Notes under the pieces: generated by a model | What the model was told of the DNA's origin: nothing | Seen by the model: the letters and a program-made list of their open reading frames with translations, nothing else | Databases searched by the model: none | Translations under genes and position numbers: made by a program | Shown: positions 9,839 through 21,051 of the stretch, piece after piece | Layout of the letters: every line of letters starts with the position of its first letter | How positions within the stretch are numbered: the first letter of the stretch is position 1 | Source of the DNA: Gammaproteobacteria bacterium | GTDB taxonomy: Bacteria; Pseudomonadota; Gammaproteobacteria; SZUA-229 | DNA length: 64,000 bases | Reading direction: 5' to 3' | NCBI GenBank assembly: GCA_029881035.1 | Contig: JAOUNI010000002.1 | Coordinates: forward strand, 64,565 to 128,564

Positions 9839-11767
9839 ATGAAACCAGTCAAACATCTTTTATCTTTATCCGCCCTGATACTGATCAGCTTCCTGTTCCA
9901 GCATCCTGCAATCGCTTCAGGTGGCTCTGGCCTATTTGATTCATTCGGTATGAATCAGGATGACATTCTCGACGTTAATGAAGCCTTCAGGTTAAGCACC
10001 GAAATCACAGGCAGTGCATTTATCGCACGCCTGCAGATTGCCGAAGGCCATTATTTATATCGAGATAAAATCCAGATTCAGGTTGAAGATGTTGATATTA
10101 AAGCCGGTGAGCTACAGCTCCCCGCGGGAGAATCGAAAGACGACCCGATCTTCAATACAACACTGTTTGTGTTTCATCAGGATGTCGAAGCCACCCTGCC
10201 TTTCCGCTATACCGGTAGTGGCGATAAAGAGGTGGTTTTCAAAGTTAAATATCAGGGCTGCTCGGAGATCGCTGGCATCTGCTATCCGCCACAGACTAAA
10301 ACGGTCACGGCGACGCTGTTAGCGGCCAGTGCAGTCACTGCTGAATCTGAAACGGCCACAACCGAATCATCAGATGAAAAACCCGTGGACGCGACACCAG
10401 CAGCTAAAGCCTCCGTAGCAGAGGCTATACAGGTTTCCGAACAGGACAAAATGTCCGATGCACTTCGCTCGGGCAACATCTGGCTGACTTTGCTGGCCTT
10501 TTTTGCGGCCGGGCTTTTGCTGGCTTTCACGCCCTGCGTGTTCCCGATGATTCCTATTTTGATGGGCATTATTGTCGGTCAGGATAAGCAACAGGGCGTG
10601 AAGAAATCCTTCACCCTGTCGCTGGTGTATGTGCTGGCAATGGCTTCGACTTATACAATCATTGGCATTCTGGTCGGACTCTCAGGTGAGAATATTCAGG
10701 CCTGGTTCCAGAACCCGTGGATCATTGGCAGCTTTGCCGCCATTTTTGTCGCGCTGGCCTTCTCCATGTTCGGTTTCTACGATTTACAGATGCCGTCAGC
10801 TATACAGACCAAACTGACCCAAATCAGCCATAACCAGCGTGGTGGCACTCTGCTGGGCACCGCTATTATGGGTTTTCTTTCCGCACTGATTGTTGGCCCC
10901 TGTGTTACCGCACCCCTGGTCGGAGCACTGATTTATATTGCAGAAACTGGTGACGCCGTACTGGGCGGCATGGCGCTGTTTTCACTGAGCATGGGCATGG
11001 GCGCACCACTACTGCTGCTCGGCGCATCCGCTGGCAAGATACTGCCCAAAGCCGGCACCTGGATGGAAACCACCAAAGCCGTATTCGGTGTGATGCTGCT
11101 AGGTCTGGGCATCTGGTTGCTGGAACGAGTCGCACCGCCGGCTGCCACCATGACATTGTGGGCTGCACTGTTGATCATCTCGGCGATCTACATGGGCGCA
11201 CTCACCACACTCAATAAAGGCGAATCTGGCTGGCACAAACTCTGGAAAGGTCTGGGTATTATCCTACTCATTTACGGCATCGCCATTTTCATTGGCATGA
11301 TGGCCGGCAACCGCAGCATTTTCCAGCCATTACAGGGACTGGGTGCTTCAGCAACCTCGCTGTCGACACAGGCCACATCAAACCAGCAGGCATCGGCGCA
11401 CCTGAATTTCAAACAGATCAAAGGTGTCGAAGGTTTGAATGCCGCACTGGCTGAGGCTAAAGCGCAGAACAAAAAGGTGATGCTCGATTTTTATGCCGAC
11501 TGGTGCGTCTCCTGCAAAGAAATGGAAGCACTGACCTTTTCTGACCCGGCGGTCCAGCAGGCACTGGCCGGTATGGTTTTGCTGCAGGCCGATGTAACGC
11601 CGAATGATGAAAAAGACCGTGAACTGTACAAACACTTTGGTATTATCGGTCCGCCCTCCATTATGTTTTTTGACCGTGACGGTAACGAGCTGAAAAACTA
11701 CCGTATTGTCGGCTATATGAAAGCAGAGCAATTTACTCAACATATCCAGCGTAGTGCCATTCAGTGA
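9839..11767 (+). CDS. dsbD: Thiol:disulfide interchange protein DsbD (protein-disulfide reductase)
   Basis: 642 aa. Signal peptide, N-terminal periplasmic domain, central 8-TM domain with conserved Cys pairs, C-terminal thioredoxin domain WCVSCK. Confidence 0.9.
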   Translation: MKPVKHLLSLSALILISFLFQHPAIASGGSGLFDSFGMNQDDILDVNEAFRLSTEITGSAFIARLQIAEGHYLYRDKIQIQVEDVDIKAGELQLPAGESKDDPIFNTTLFVFHQDVEATLPFRYTGSGDKEVVFKVKYQGCSEIAGICYPPQTKTVTATLLAASAVTAESETATTESSDEKPVDATPAAKASVAEAIQVSEQDKMSDALRSGNIWLTLLAFFAAGLLLAFTPCVFPMIPILMGIIVGQDKQQGVKKSFTLSLVYVLAMASTYTIIGILVGLSGENIQAWFQNPWIIGSFAAIFVALAFSMFGFYDLQMPSAIQTKLTQISHNQRGGTLLGTAIMGFLSALIVGPCVTAPLVGALIYIAETGDAVLGGMALFSLSMGMGAPLLLLGASAGKILPKAGTWMETTKAVFGVMLLGLGIWLLERVAPPAATMTLWAALLIISAIYMGALTTLNKGESGWHKLWKGLGIILLIYGIAIFIGMMAGNRSIFQPLQGLGASATSLSTQATSNQQASAHLNFKQIKGVEGLNAALAEAKAQNKKVMLDFYADWCVSCKEMEALTFSDPAVQQALAGMVLLQADVTPNDEKDRELYKHFGIIGPPSIMFFDRDGNELKNYRIVGYMKAEQFTQHIQRSAIQ

Positions 11768-12318
11768 TGCTCAAACCCAAAAATGTTCTGCCAATCCTGA
11801 TCATCTTGTTTATCTCGACCATTTCAAGCTATGGCCTACAACGTTATCTCAATCAAGATACTATTTATAACAACGAACAAACTGATGATGGAATTTTAAT
11901 ACGACCTGAATTTGCCATGACTGATCTTGATGGCCAAATCAGAAACATTAAAGACTGGGATGGAAAAATTATTTTGCTGAATTTCTGGGCTACCTGGTGC
12001 CCACCCTGTCTAAGTGAAATTCCGGGCTTTATTGAGTTACAGAAAAAATATGGTGAACAGGGTTTTCAGGTGATCGGCATCGCCGTTGATAACGAAGAAG
12101 CCGTTCGTGCTTATGCTCATGAAGTAAAGATCAATTACCCGGTTATAGCGGCAGAATTTGAAGCCGTCGAACTCTCCAGTCGTTATGGTAACCGTATGGG
12201 GGCACTACCTTACTCAGTAATCATCAATCGCAAAGGTGAAATTAGCGACAAAGTTACCGGTGAACTCAGCAAGACCAGAGCAGAGAAACTACTGAAAAAG
12301 CTCAATATAAAATCCTAA
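11764..12318 (+). CDS. TlpA-family thioredoxin-like thiol:disulfide oxidoreductase (4-bp overlap with dsbD)
   Basis: N-terminal membrane anchor and the WATWCPPC motif; translationally coupled to dsbD. Confidence 0.8.
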   Translation: MMLKPKNVLPILIILFISTISSYGLQRYLNQDTIYNNEQTDDGILIRPEFAMTDLDGQIRNIKDWDGKIILLNFWATWCPPCLSEIPGFIELQKKYGEQGFQVIGIAVDNEEAVRAYAHEVKINYPVIAAEFEAVELSSRYGNRMGALPYSVIINRKGEISDKVTGELSKTRAEKLLKKLNIKS

Positions 12319-12411
12319 CTGCGCCCAAGTTCACGAAATTCGCCAATAATTTCGCCGAAATGATGGACAAATTTACTTCTTTTATGCAAAATCATCAGCC
12401 ACCGTTAATAT

Positions 12412-12876
12412 TTGGCAATCAAGAACATAATAATGCCCGACCTGCTCGTCCTCAATGGCCCTAATTTGAACTTATTAGGCATCCGTGAACCGGAACATTA
12501 CGGCTCCGACACACTTGATGACATCAACAAAAGACTGGAAATGCAAGCCACTCAACAGGGCTTTAGTCTCGAGTGCATGCAAAGTAATTCAGAAGCTGAG
12601 CTGATCGAAAAAATTCATCAGGCCAAAACTAACAAGGTACGGTTCATCTTGATGAACCCCGCTGCTTTCACACACACCAGTGTAGCGCTACGTGATGCTT
12701 TAAGTGGAGTTGAGATTCCTTTTATTGAAATCCATCTCTCTAACGTACATGCCCGTGAAGCGTTCCGTGAACACTCTTATTTCTCCGACATTGCTGTTGG
12801 CGTTATATCAGGTCTGGGCGCCATCGGTTACGAGCTTGCATTACAAGCTGCACTAAAACAACTCACTAGAGGTTGA
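12412..12876 (+). CDS. aroQ: Type II 3-dehydroquinate dehydratase
   Basis: [20 protein letters not shown]...[15 protein letters not shown] motifs. Confidence 0.9.
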   Translation: MAIKNIIMPDLLVLNGPNLNLLGIREPEHYGSDTLDDINKRLEMQATQQGFSLECMQSNSEAELIEKIHQAKTNKVRFILMNPAAFTHTSVALRDALSGVEIPFIEIHLSNVHAREAFREHSYFSDIAVGVISGLGAIGYELALQAALKQLTRG

Positions 12877-12881
12877 TCCAA

Positions 12882-13334
12882 ATGGATATTCGCAAAGTCA
12901 AAAAATTAATTGAATTACTGGAAGAATCCGGTATTGCCGAGATTGAAATTAAAGAAGGCGAAGAATCGGTTCGTATTTCACGTTACGGCTCAGGTTCAGG
13001 CGCACCGGCGCCTATTCACTATGCTGCTGCGCCCGCACCAGCACCCGTCGCTGTCGCTGCCCCGGCCGCTGAAGAAAGCAGTGCTAGTGCCATCCCAAGT
13101 GGCCATGCAGTCAAGTCACCGATGGTGGGTACATATTATTCTGCGGCATCACCCGGTGCTAAACCATTTATCAATATTGGCGATTCAGTATCGGTAGGCG
13201 ACACTGTCTGCATTATTGAAGCCATGAAAATTCTTAACCAGATTGAAGCCGACAAGGCCGGCGTGGTTAAGGCTATTCTTGTTGAAAATGGCCAGCCAGT
13301 TGAGTTCGGCCAGCCACTCGTCATCATCGAGTAA
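12882..13334 (+). CDS. accB: Biotin carboxyl carrier protein of acetyl-CoA carboxylase. The track ORF starts at 12873; the likely true start is MDIRK at 12882
   Basis: [23 protein letters not shown], Ala/Pro linker, biotinylation motif [15 protein letters not shown]. Confidence 0.9.
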   Translation: MDIRKVKKLIELLEESGIAEIEIKEGEESVRISRYGSGSGAPAPIHYAAAPAPAPVAVAAPAAEESSASAIPSGHAVKSPMVGTYYSAASPGAKPFINIGDSVSVGDTVCIIEAMKILNQIEADKAGVVKAILVENGQPVEFGQPLVIIE

Positions 13335-13342
13335 TATTTATT

Positions 13343-14686
13343 ATGCTAGCTAAAGTTGTTATCGCTAATCGCGGTGAAATTGCACTGCGAATTCTTCGGG
13401 CATGTCGTGAACTCGGCATAAAAACGGTGGCTGTTCATTCAGAAGCCGACCGCGATCTTAAACACGTCCGCCTGGCTGATGAATCAGTCTGTATCGGCCC
13501 TGCTCCATCGAACCTGAGTTATTTAAATGTACCCGCTATTATCAGCGCAGCGGAAGTCACCGATGCTGTAGGCATTCATCCCGGTTATGGTTTCCTGTCA
13601 GAAAATGCTGATTTTGCTGAACGTGTAGAAAACAGTGGCTTTGTTTTTATCGGCCCCAAGCCGGAATCGATTCGAATCATGGGCGACAAAGTGGCCGCCA
13701 TTAAAGCCATGCAGGATGCCGGAGTACCTTGCGTCCCCGGTTCCGATGGTCCGGTTGGCGACAATACCGAAAAAAATATAAAGCTGGCCAAAAAGATTGG
13801 CTACCCTATCATCATTAAAGCTGCTGGTGGCGGTGGTGGACGCGGTATGCGTGTGGTGCATTCTGAAGCTGCACTATTAAATTCGATCGCGCTCACCAAA
13901 CAGGAAGCCGGCCAATTTTTTGGCAATGACACGGTGTACATGGAGAAATACCTGGAGACACCACGTCACGTTGAAATTCAGGTGCTCTCTGATGGTCAGG
14001 GTAACGCCATTCACCTGGCCGAACGCGACTGCTCAATGCAACGCAGAAATCAGAAAGTGGTGGAAGAAGCGCCTGCACCCGGCATCACCGAAGAGCAACG
14101 CCAGAAAATTGGCCAACGCTGTGTCGATGCCTGCATAAAAATAAATTACCGTGGTGCCGGCACTTTCGAATTCCTCTATCAGGATGGTGAGTTCTATTTT
14201 ATTGAAATGAACACGCGCGTGCAGGTTGAGCATCCGGTTACCGAGATGATCACCGGTGTTGATATTATCAAAGAGCAACTTTATATCGCTTCGGGTGCAA
14301 AACTACGTTACAAACAAAGTGACATCAAGATTAGTGGCCACGCTATTGAATGTCGCATCAATGCCGAAGATGCAAAAACTTTTATGCCTTCACCAGGCAT
14401 GATCGAACGCTATCATCCACCCGGCGGCCCTGGCATACGCGTAGATACACATATTTACGGCGGCTACACAGTGCCACCTCACTATGATTCGATGGTTGGA
14501 AAACTGATTGCTCATGGCAATGACCGTGACATCGCCATTGCCCGCATGCGGGGCGCGCTGGATGAAATCAGCATCACCGGCATCAAAACCAATATTGATT
14601 TGCATAAGGAAATTCTGGGCGATGCGGCCTTCCAGGTTGGCGGCACCAATATCCATTATCTTGAGAAGAAACTGGGTATCGATTAA
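13343..14686 (+). CDS. accC: Biotin carboxylase subunit of acetyl-CoA carboxylase
   Basis: 447 aa, [33 protein letters not shown]..., ATP-grasp. Confidence 0.95.
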   Translation: MLAKVVIANRGEIALRILRACRELGIKTVAVHSEADRDLKHVRLADESVCIGPAPSNLSYLNVPAIISAAEVTDAVGIHPGYGFLSENADFAERVENSGFVFIGPKPESIRIMGDKVAAIKAMQDAGVPCVPGSDGPVGDNTEKNIKLAKKIGYPIIIKAAGGGGGRGMRVVHSEAALLNSIALTKQEAGQFFGNDTVYMEKYLETPRHVEIQVLSDGQGNAIHLAERDCSMQRRNQKVVEEAPAPGITEEQRQKIGQRCVDACIKINYRGAGTFEFLYQDGEFYFIEMNTRVQVEHPVTEMITGVDIIKEQLYIASGAKLRYKQSDIKISGHAIECRINAEDAKTFMPSPGMIERYHPPGGPGIRVDTHIYGGYTVPPHYDSMVGKLIAHGNDRDIAIARMRGALDEISITGIKTNIDLHKEILGDAAFQVGGTNIHYLEKKLGID

Positions 14687-14687
14687 T

Positions 14688-14718
14688 CATTGGCCAGCAA
14701 TTGCTGGCCAATTTTTTT
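14688..14718. terminator. Bidirectional terminator: perfect 24-bp palindrome ATTGGCCAGCAATTGCTGGCCAAT plus T7
   Basis: Lies between the convergent accC and TraB/GumN genes. Confidence 0.7.
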
Positions 14719-14725
14719 ACCTGGG

Positions 14726-15604
14726 CTACTGGCGAACCACGTGATAACCGGCATTCTGCAACTGTTGCACGATGCCTTTATCACCGATCAAATGCCCCGC
14801 ACCGACAACCACAAAATACCGGCCTTTCTGTTTTAAATAACTTTTAATCGACTCGGTCATTTTAATATTGCGCTGAAAATATAACTGCTCATATAGCGAA
14901 ATCATCGCCGCATTCTCGTTAAGAATATCGTCGAACAATAATTTCTGTATGGCTTTCTCGTCGCCCTGCTTCCAGGCACTGATCATCGTATCCATTTCCT
15001 CCTCTACCGTTTCGAGGGCATAAAACGAATCCTGCAGCAACAGGTCTGCATCTTCTATATCAAGAAATATTCTTAACTGCTCATCCATGGTTTCGAGTGC
15101 AAGAATTTTTTTATGGTTCTTCGCCTTTTCCATAAAATGCACATCGATACCCTGCTCCGGTTTCAACCCTGCCTGCTGGGCCTGTATCGCCGCCAAAGTC
15201 AGTACGACGATACCGGGCTTCTGTCTCTCTACCATGGAGGGAGAGATACCTGACTCGTTCAAATAATTTTGAAGCTGTTCATAAGTTTTCTTCGATAAAT
15301 GATCCTTGAGTGTTTCATTGCCCGAATACGAACCTTCGCTCTGCATCAAATGCTGAAAACGTGCGGTCGCCCCCGGCGAATTCATATCGACTTCTACCAC
15401 TAAGTTTTCCGATGCATCAAAAGCCCGCTCAATCTCTGCACGCAAAGGATAAAAACTGTCATTAGCAAAATGGATCGAACCAAACAGGTAAACCGTGGCT
15501 GCGCCCGAATCGACCCGCCAGAACAAAGCCCTGTCTTCACTGGCAATAACCTGAAAACTGAAAATCGCATATAAAACAAAGCTGAGAATAATTTTTTTAA
15601 ACAT
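14726..15604 (-). CDS. TraB/GumN family protein (periplasmic)
   Basis: Signal peptide; LFWRV...YLFGSIHF motif typical of the GumN/TraB family. Confidence 0.75.
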   Translation of the reverse strand: MFKKIILSFVLYAIFSFQVIASEDRALFWRVDSGAATVYLFGSIHFANDSFYPLRAEIERAFDASENLVVEVDMNSPGATARFQHLMQSEGSYSGNETLKDHLSKKTYEQLQNYLNESGISPSMVERQKPGIVVLTLAAIQAQQAGLKPEQGIDVHFMEKAKNHKKILALETMDEQLRIFLDIEDADLLLQDSFYALETVEEEMDTMISAWKQGDEKAIQKLLFDDILNENAAMISLYEQLYFQRNIKMTESIKSYLKQKGRYFVVVGAGHLIGDKGIVQQLQNAGYHVVRQ

Positions 15605-16475
15605 CTTGTTTTTTCAGCTGCAGAGCTGCCTCATACAATTCATTTTTATTGACACCCGTTATTCGTGAGGCAATTTTTGCGGCCTGCTTGACTGGCAGCT
15701 CATCTACCAGCACAGCCAATATCTGGTCGCGCAACGGGTGCTCTGATTTATCCTGAACATTACCCGCCAGCACCAGCACGATTTCGCCCTTGCGCTGCAT
15801 ATCATCATCGGCAACCCATGCACACAGCTCAGCCAGCGTCGCCTTACGAATCGTTTCATATGTTTTGGTGATCTCCCGAGCGAATGTCGCCAGCCGTTGC
15901 TCGCCAAATACAGTGACCATGTCCTGTAATGTTTCAATAACCCGATGACAGGAAATATAAAACACCATGGTACGGGATTCTTCCTTGAGCGCCTGCAGGT
16001 AACTCAGCCGAGCAGCCTGTTTGGCGGGAGGAAAGCCTTCGAAGCTGAATCGGTCGGTTGGCAAGCCCGCCACACTCATCGCTGCAATCGCTGCGCAGGC
16101 ACCGGGAACAGGCACTACTTTGATGCCGTGCAGATGCGCCTGCTCAACCAGGCGATAGCCAGGGTCGCTGACCAGCGGTGTGCCTGCATCTGAAATCAGC
16201 GCAATCGACTCGCCCTGCCGCAATCGACCAATCAAACGCTCGGTCTGATATTCCTCATTATGCTCATGATAGGCCTGCATGTGCGTTGTAACCCCCAGAT
16301 GGCTCAGCAATCGCTGACTGTGCCGGGTATCCTCAGCAGCAATCAGGTCCACTATCTTGAGCGTCTCGACAGCACGCGGGCTGATATCGCCCAAATTACC
16401 AATGGGCGTAGCCACCATATAAAGCGTTCCACACCCTTCTCTGAGTTTTTTTTCTGGCGAAATTTCGATTGACAC
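15597..16475 (-). CDS. rsmI: 16S rRNA (cytidine1402-2'-O)-methyltransferase
   Basis: LYMVATPIGNLGDISPRAVETLK tetrapyrrole-methylase fold. Divergent from lpoA, as in the E. coli yraL-yraM arrangement. Confidence 0.9.
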   Translation of the reverse strand: MSIEISPEKKLREGCGTLYMVATPIGNLGDISPRAVETLKIVDLIAAEDTRHSQRLLSHLGVTTHMQAYHEHNEEYQTERLIGRLRQGESIALISDAGTPLVSDPGYRLVEQAHLHGIKVVPVPGACAAIAAMSVAGLPTDRFSFEGFPPAKQAARLSYLQALKEESRTMVFYISCHRVIETLQDMVTVFGEQRLATFAREITKTYETIRKATLAELCAWVADDDMQRKGEIVLVLAGNVQDKSEHPLRDQILAVLVDELPVKQAAKIASRITGVNKNELYEAALQLKKQDV

Positions 16476-16563
16476 GGCTCATCCTGCAAAACATACTTAT
16501 TGACCCGTAATACTAACGGATTCGGTGTCTGACTCGCACTGATTATTCACCCATTCCGAGCAT

Positions 16564-18498
16564 TTGATTTCTGATAAGCTAACAACCAGACCTACTACTT
16601 TGAATATTTTGCCCCAATCAGCTTTAATTAAACATCTGACATTACCGCTTTTTATCCTGCTCAGTGCCTGTAGCCTTGCCCCGGATAAAAGTGTGGATGA
16701 TCTCATCTCAGAAGCAGTTCGCGATCAGGCTATTGAAGAAAAACTAGACGTTACCGCACAGGAGACACCCGAGCACTATATTAAGCTCGCCAGTGAAAGC
16801 ACCGGTGAAACTCAGCAAAAATATTTAATGAAGGCAGCGGAGCTGCTCTATCAACGAGGCGATATCTCTTCTGCGCAAAATCAGCTTGAGAATATCAAAG
16901 CCGAAGATATGGCCGATTCACGCCAAATTCAGATTCAATTACTGGCTGCAAAAATTGCCCTGGCCAATCACAACCCAGCTCAAAGCCTTGAGTTATTGCC
17001 CAAACAAACACGAATGACTGTTCCCCAGTTTATTGAAGTCGGTGAAATTCGTGCTCAAGCTAACACCGCCATGGGTTACCTGATCGAAGCGATTAAAACA
17101 CGCGTACAAATCGACAATTATTATAAAGATGATAAACAACGTGAAAATAATCACACCGAGATCTGGTCAGCACTGAATGCTTTGCCTTCAGTTGTGTTAA
17201 ACAAATTAGGCTCCAGTAATAAAACTTTACAGGGATGGATTGAGCTGACTCAAATCGTTCGTACTGCTCAAATCAATAATCAGCAACTGCAAAATAATAT
17301 TCTCGACTGGAATACACGATTTCCTGAACACCCTGTCAGCAAAACATTCTTAACTGAGCTGTTAGAAGAACACGTTAATACACAAACTAAGGTTCAGGCT
17401 ATTGCTGTACTCTTACCTCTTAGCGGTCCTTATCAAGCGGCATCGGAAGCTATCAAAAGCGGCCTTCTAAGTGCTTATTATGCAGATATCAAACAGGAAC
17501 ATAAACCCACCATTCGTTTCTACGATACTGGTATAAAAGATCTGGAATTTATGTCTCTATATCGAAAAGCAGTACAGGATGGGGCTAATTACGTCATTGG
17601 CCCTCTTGATAAAACCATCATTAATCAGCTGACACAATTAAATGAATTTGAAATTCCATTGCTCACCTTAAACTACGCTGAAGAATCTTTAAGTACTGCC
17701 AATAATCTGTACCAGTTTGGTTTACTGCCTGAAGATGAAGCACGACAGGTCGCCGAACTAGCTATTCGTCAAAATAAAACCAAAGCAGCCATACTAGTAC
17801 CTGATGGCCCATGGGGACAGCGTTTAAAAGCTGCATTTCAGCAACGTTATACAGAGCTGGGTGGCACGGTTCTTTCATCACAATTTTTTAATGACAAAAT
17901 CGACGATTACAGTCAACCAATCAAGCTGCTTCTAAATCTGCAAGACAGCAACAACCGTCATAAAGATCTACAGCAGCTACTTGGCACAGAACTCAAGTAC
18001 ACGCCCTATCGCCGACAAGATATTGATATGATTTTTTTAGCTGCCACCTCTCGCTCTGCACGCAGCATCATGCCTGCATTCAAATTTCACCATGCGGGTG
18101 ATATTCCTGTTTATTCAACATCTCATGTTTACAGCGGCTATAAAAATGAATCCGCCGATCTTGATCTTAACGACCTGACTTTCTGTGATTTACCATGGAC
18201 ACTGGTGGGCGAAGATAAATTAAACCAAACTTTTAACGAATACTGGTCTGAACAGCAAAACTACACTCGCCTGTTTGCCCTGGGTATCGATAGTTATCAC
18301 CTCCTTTATAATCTGAAGTTGCTATCGAAATATGACTACGCTCGTTTTGCAGGTCAAACAGGCAATATCTATATAGATGATAATAACCGCCTGCACAGGG
18401 AATTACTTTGGGCAAAATTCAGAAAAGGCATCGCAGGTTATTTCAATACGACTATCGCACCCACCATTTTACCTGCGATTGAACCAGACCAGTCATAA
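16564..18498 (+). CDS. lpoA: Penicillin-binding protein activator LpoA (lipoprotein, TPR plus periplasmic-binding-like domain)
   Basis: 644 aa; lipobox LLSAC; conserved synteny rsmI<>lpoA-yraN-diaA. Confidence 0.8.
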   Translation: MISDKLTTRPTTLNILPQSALIKHLTLPLFILLSACSLAPDKSVDDLISEAVRDQAIEEKLDVTAQETPEHYIKLASESTGETQQKYLMKAAELLYQRGDISSAQNQLENIKAEDMADSRQIQIQLLAAKIALANHNPAQSLELLPKQTRMTVPQFIEVGEIRAQANTAMGYLIEAIKTRVQIDNYYKDDKQRENNHTEIWSALNALPSVVLNKLGSSNKTLQGWIELTQIVRTAQINNQQLQNNILDWNTRFPEHPVSKTFLTELLEEHVNTQTKVQAIAVLLPLSGPYQAASEAIKSGLLSAYYADIKQEHKPTIRFYDTGIKDLEFMSLYRKAVQDGANYVIGPLDKTIINQLTQLNEFEIPLLTLNYAEESLSTANNLYQFGLLPEDEARQVAELAIRQNKTKAAILVPDGPWGQRLKAAFQQRYTELGGTVLSSQFFNDKIDDYSQPIKLLLNLQDSNNRHKDLQQLLGTELKYTPYRRQDIDMIFLAATSRSARSIMPAFKFHHAGDIPVYSTSHVYSGYKNESADLDLNDLTFCDLPWTLVGEDKLNQTFNEYWSEQQNYTRLFALGIDSYHLLYNLKLLSKYDYARFAGQTGNIYIDDNNRLHRELLWAKFRKGIAGYFNTTIAPTILPAIEPDQS

Positions 18499-18859
18499 TA
18501 AAGGTCAACACGCTGAAAATGCGTGCTGCGAATATCTCAAGCAACAGGGACTCAAACTCGTGGCCAGAAACTATCGTGGACATAGAGGTGAAATTGATAT
18601 CATTCTTCAGGATGGCAATACCCTGGTATTTGTAGAAGTTCGCTACAGAAAAAATAATTTCTACGGTAATGGTCTAGAAAGCGTAACCACTCAAAAACAA
18701 CAACGCATTTTAAGAACCGCACAAGAATATATGCAAAATGAAACAAAATTAAAAAATGGGCGTATTGACGTTGTCGCCATGTCACAAAAGCTTCAAAATA
18801 CGCACAGTGAGAACACCGAAGACAGCTACACATTCGAGTGGATTAAAGATGCCTTTTAA
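18377..18859 (+). CDS. yraN: YraN/UPF0102 family endonuclease-like protein. The start is uncertain: the track ORF overlaps the lpoA 3' end by 122 bp
   Basis: GHRGEIDIILQDGNTLVFVEVRYR motif. No in-frame ATG/GTG between the lpoA stop and the conserved core, so either a long overlap or a non-canonical start. Confidence 0.7.
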   Translation: MIITACTGNYFGQNSEKASQVISIRLSHPPFYLRLNQTSHNKGQHAENACCEYLKQQGLKLVARNYRGHRGEIDIILQDGNTLVFVEVRYRKNNFYGNGLESVTTQKQQRILRTAQEYMQNETKLKNGRIDVVAMSQKLQNTHSENTEDSYTFEWIKDAF

Positions 18860-19474
<615 letters not shown>

Positions 19475-19499
19475 ACTAAAATATTCGACAATTAACCAC

Positions 19500-19527
19500 G
19501 CGTTCTTCTATTTGTTCAGAAGAACGC
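19500..19527. terminator. Bidirectional terminator hairpin GCGTTCTTC-N10-GAAGAACGC
   Basis: Perfect 9-bp stem between the convergent diaA and 19571-20434 genes. Confidence 0.6.
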
Positions 19528-19570
19528 ATGAATTAACTTTTCAAAATTTAACTCTTACCATTGCTGATAA

Positions 19571-20434
19571 TTACCAATATGGATAACCATAGTATCCGTT
19601 GGGCGCATTATTTGGGGCATAATAAGGGTTATTATTATAACCATATGGATTTACGGGCTGTGGTTGACCATTATAATTCCAACCCGAATTTTGCGCAGCC
19701 ATATTAACCGGCGCCTGATTGGGCTGCTGATAGCTATTAACTGGATAATTCATGTAACCAGGCATCTCACGCGCGCCGTTATACGGCATGTTAGCTGAAC
19801 GTTTAGCCCACTCCTGCTGATACCTCGCCTGCTCTTGCTGCATCAGTGTCTGTTGATCCTTAACCCATTGTGGTGGCTCTGATGCATTTCGATTTGCCTG
19901 ATAATTACCCGCATTCTGCTTTTCAAGCTCGGAGCGACGCTTATCCATTTGCGCCTGCCTGTCTTTGATCCATTGTGGCGGCTCGGATGAAGCTCTATTC
20001 GAGAGATAGTTACCCGCATTTAGTTTTTCAAATTCTACGCGACGCTTATCCATCTCTGCACGTTGCTGAGTCACCCACTCAGGTTGCTGAACACGATTTC
20101 CGTTAGCCATCGATGGCACCTGAAAATAATTTAAATTGGCATCAGCAACAATAGCAGATGAGGAATTATTGTCTGATGAGAGCAAAGAGTTTAATTGCTG
20201 TGGCATAACTATGTAAGCCACTATAGTAGCAGTAGGTATGGCCACAATTAATGCCATTAAGGCAGATGAGATTATATGTGATTCTGTTTTAGGGGTAGCT
20301 TCACTTACCGTAGATTTCTTATCTGATGACATCATTCCCATCGCCTTTAATTTATTCGCTATCTTCTTTGTTTTTTTCTTATCAATACTGTCACCATCTT
20401 CACTATTGGCCGTACTATCATTTTTAATAACCAT
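19571..20434 (-). CDS. Membrane-anchored repeat protein with an Asn/Tyr/Pro/Gln-rich prion-like C-terminus (last gene of the low-complexity cluster)
   Basis: 287 aa. One TM helix; three ~35-aa repeats (E)PPQW[VI]KD[RQ]QAQMDKRR.E.EK.NAGNY; C-terminal ~60 aa almost only N/Y/P/G/Q, ending YPYW. Confidence 0.6.
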   Translation of the reverse strand: MVIKNDSTANSEDGDSIDKKKTKKIANKLKAMGMMSSDKKSTVSEATPKTESHIISSALMALIVAIPTATIVAYIVMPQQLNSLLSSDNNSSSAIVADANLNYFQVPSMANGNRVQQPEWVTQQRAEMDKRRVEFEKLNAGNYLSNRASSEPPQWIKDRQAQMDKRRSELEKQNAGNYQANRNASEPPQWVKDQQTLMQQEQARYQQEWAKRSANMPYNGAREMPGYMNYPVNSYQQPNQAPVNMAAQNSGWNYNGQPQPVNPYGYNNNPYYAPNNAPNGYYGYPYW

Positions 20435-20467
20435 TAGTCTACTCCTCTAATCTTTCAATTTAATAAT

Positions 20468-21031
20468 TTACCAGGGTGTGTACGAATTCATAAATTGCAT
20501 AGGTCTTGATACGCTGTTGTTGATCACCGCTATTTCATGACTCATTTGACCCGCTGATACACTCATACTTCTTACATAGCCATTCATTTCCTGTATCGTC
20601 AATGTTTGCCTTTCCATATTGATAACAACAGCCTGCATAGTACCGTTAATTGAATTCATTTCAGTAGCTATAGCGCCTACATCCTTGGTCAGACTATTAA
20701 TAAGAAAGAATCCATATATCGCTAAGACAATGAAAGCAAACATAGCAGGAAAAACAATCATTTCCCATCGACGTGTACTAGCGGTAAATGTTTTAGTTAA
20801 CTCATTCAGACTTTCACTTAAGACGTGTTCAACACTATCTTTTATCGTGTCATCATAATAACCAAACATAGATAACTTCTTGTCACAACGATTCGGCTCA
20901 TTAGGACATGTATCTGGGTCACCAGTACAGCCCTCTATTCCTGGCTCGCACTCGATTGATTCTATAATTACGTCTCTTACGTTCTTTTTCTTATGAGGGT
21001 GCGCATTTTTGTCGGACATTGTATTTACCAC
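20468..21031 (-). CDS. Hypothetical single-TM protein with a Cys-rich N-terminal region
   Basis: 187 aa. ECEPGIEGCTGDPDTCPNEPNRCDKK then a central TM helix; C-terminus ends ...YTPW. Confidence 0.55.
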   Translation of the reverse strand: MVNTMSDKNAHPHKKKNVRDVIIESIECEPGIEGCTGDPDTCPNEPNRCDKKLSMFGYYDDTIKDSVEHVLSESLNELTKTFTASTRRWEMIVFPAMFAFIVLAIYGFFLINSLTKDVGAIATEMNSINGTMQAVVINMERQTLTIQEMNGYVRSMSVSAGQMSHEIAVINNSVSRPMQFMNSYTPW

Positions 21032-21051
21032 TTATTTAATTCAAAAAAATA

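Noticed and set aside
10014-11743. Several ORFs on both strands overlapping dsbD (e.g. 10014-10322+, 10282-10569-, 11378-11743-)
   Set aside because: They lie within a confidently identified 642-aa DsbD CDS, with no motifs, RBS or context support.
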